A DNA stretch of 54,755 bases, counting the filler, from Tortispora ganteri (Eukaryota): the NCBI GenBank assembly GCA_003707115.1. It is 3 parts of 3 records of this genome, joined end to end, with 100 filler letters (N's around TTAATTAATTAA, not from the genome) between each part and the next. Parts side by side here need not be neighbours in the genome. Positions count along the whole stretch, not along the records: positions 42,070 to 54,755 come from PPNB01000049.1; 2 more parts are not named here. One strand, 5' to 3'. The position numbers and the translations under genes were made by a program. Below, in pieces: positions 52,860-54,755 of the stretch. The notes below the pieces were generated by a model that did no database searches, was not told the origin of the DNA, and saw only the letters and a program-made list of their open reading frames with translations. Each line of letters starts with the position of its first letter. Position 1 is the first letter of the stretch.

Positions 52860-54755
52860 TCAGAAGGTTCTAGTATTGATGGTTGAGTGCGCGTGTTTCG
52901 TGCACTTTTTCAATCGTCCAAATCCAGACAAGTTGTAGGTATTGCTATGACAACAAGCAACAAATAAAAATCGAGCGACGTTATGTTGTCTGCTTTGACC
53001 ACAAGACCGTTAATAATAGATATCTCTGCTTCAGTAATTTTCGGCCTGGTAGATTATGCCATATTGGCTTGGTTGTACCTAACCCCGAACAGCCGCTGAT
53101 TGAGGGCGTGTAATATCACTTCCGCAAAGTAGGCATACCCGTCTTTGGGCCGTCTACCACCCTTGCTCAGATGGAAAGCTCGAAAACGTTCTTGAAGGAC
53201 TTCATGGCGCGTCACAATATCCCTGCAGCTGCGTATGCGGACATGTCTAATTTGACGCCACGATCGTCTAACTTAACTCTGTTGACCATCATGTCGTAAT
53301 AAAAACCGCTAGGGTTGCATAGGCCAAAGGAGTATAGATCCCCGAATCAAAGCAGGAAATCGTCGAGACGCTGCAGCTTATCATGTTACAGAATGAGTTT
53401 GGTTCCGTAGGATCAAAAGTAGATATCCAAGAGTACCATGAAGGCGATGAAATGAGCATACTAGTCATATCTGAAGAATACACTGTCCTCAACTAGTCTC
53501 TCGCGCAATCTCACAAGTGCGCTCTCGACGGCGACAAGGGCCTTAACAGCGGCGGAATGGGCGCGTATACTCCTGCTCCAATTGGAACGCCGGATCTCAT
53601 TCAGCACATCAGACATACTGTATTGAAAATTACCATTGACGGCATGCGTCATGAGGGTTTTCCTACGATGGGAATGCAATTTGTCGGCATCATGCTCACC
53701 ACCTCTGGACTCAAAAGTCCTCGAATACAATGTACGGTTTGGCATCCAGAAACCCAGGTGCACCTTCTTCTCTTGTAATCGGATCTATGCCAGATTTTGC
53801 TTACCTGCGCCACCCATACACTCGACGCCTTAAAGTTTCGTATCCTTTCTGGGTTACAGCACAGTAGTCATGACAGTTGATAGATATCCGGGATCTTACA
53901 GAAAAGAAGACATTATTTCCATCGTTGTCACATTAACTTTCGCCAATGGCACCAAAATATTTCACGCAAGAACCTATCTTAAAAGCCGCAACTAAATGGT
54001 CACTCACAGAAGTCGCGTAATTGCCACTTCAGCCGTATCAGATGCATTAGAAGGTACAGTTACCTCTGCATATAAGGTTTGGATGCTGTCTCGTTTGAAG
54101 ACGAATACAACAGAACCGATATTCCATATCGTGCATTTTGCCATGTTCACAAAGCACCTGAAGGATTCACTTACGCTGTTTCTTGTTCCTGTAACAAGAG
54201 AAGCGAGCACATAGAAAAAAAGCCATCGTGAATCCACAAAAAGACTTGACCCAATTTCGGTCGCTGCAACCGATGGTGTAGGGTCTGAGTTCATGCTCGC
54301 ATACAGCTATGAACAAGCACAGCACCGTTGGAATTGATCTCGTGGCCATGAATGTGAATGACCTTGTATTGCAGGGAGCTGAGCTTTGATGTTTTTGGAT
54401 TACTTTGCTTGCTCTAAATTAGACATTCAAATAGCTCGTGACTTTGTTTTTGGAGTTGCTGAGGGCTGTAAAATGGCAGGATGCGCTTTAGTAGGTGGTG
54501 AAACATCAGAAATGCCTGGATTATATCATGGGGATGACTATGACACTAATGGAACTGCTATTGGTGCAGTATCCAAAGACGCGATTCTGCCGCGATTGGA
54601 CGCTATGAAAGCCGGTGACGTTCTACTAGGTCTTGGATCGGATGGCGTACATTCTAATGGATTCTCATTAGTGCGAAAAATTGTGGAAAGATCAGGACTC
54701 TCTTACACATCGGCGGCTCCGTTTGACCCTACAAAGCTGCTGGGAGACGTGCTGT
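52860..54755 (+). pseudogene. ADE5,7: Pseudogene of bifunctional GARS-AIRS (purine de novo synthesis); runs off the window end
   Basis: GARS motifs LVVPNPEQPL, GIPVFGPS, KDFMARHNIP, DGDKGLNSGGMGAY, VLEYNVRFG are broken by stops (53111, 53320, 53335, 53494, 53776) and frameshifts. AIRS motifs [40 protein letters not shown] follow. The 5' boundary is approximate. Confidence 0.93.

Overview
Gene-dense DNA from an ascomycete yeast that uses the standard code (CTG reads as Leu at a conserved Hsp60 position). It has few short introns and retains BCKDH E1-alpha, PalC and a GH36 homologue, which suggests a non-Saccharomyces, probably early-diverging Saccharomycotina yeast (inference). The window is three contigs joined by artificial 100-nt N-TTAATTAATTAA-N linkers (22082-22181, 41970-42069), so no synteny should be read across them. 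Contig 1 (1-22081) is housekeeping: GLTP/HET-C2, Rsm1-like, MET22, MRPL6, PAN2, TCO89-like, BCKDH E1a, DUF2406, PEX10, HEL2, SKP1, WHI2, TFG2, palC, APC11, SH3BGR-like, HSP60, COF1 and the 5' end of HTZ1. Contig 2 (22182-41969) has adhesin fragments at both ends, two acidic proteins, an STE6-like ABC exporter, PRP17, MSY1, an APC permease, a catalytically degenerate GH36 and DJP1. Contig 3 (42070-end) has a decayed Ty3/gypsy relic, a putative ureohydrolase-MATE-BVMO-PPTase cluster with a GATA-rich divergent promoter, CDC3 and an ADE5,7 pseudogene. The most interesting signals are: (1) a candidate bicistronic locus in which an AUG-free SH3BGR-like ORF overlaps the APC11 start as ATGA; (2) an ADE5,7 pseudogene with a sharp decayed/intact boundary; (3) the four-gene metabolic cluster; (4) the GH36 pseudoenzyme. 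All family calls come from motif recognition by eye; no database searches were run.
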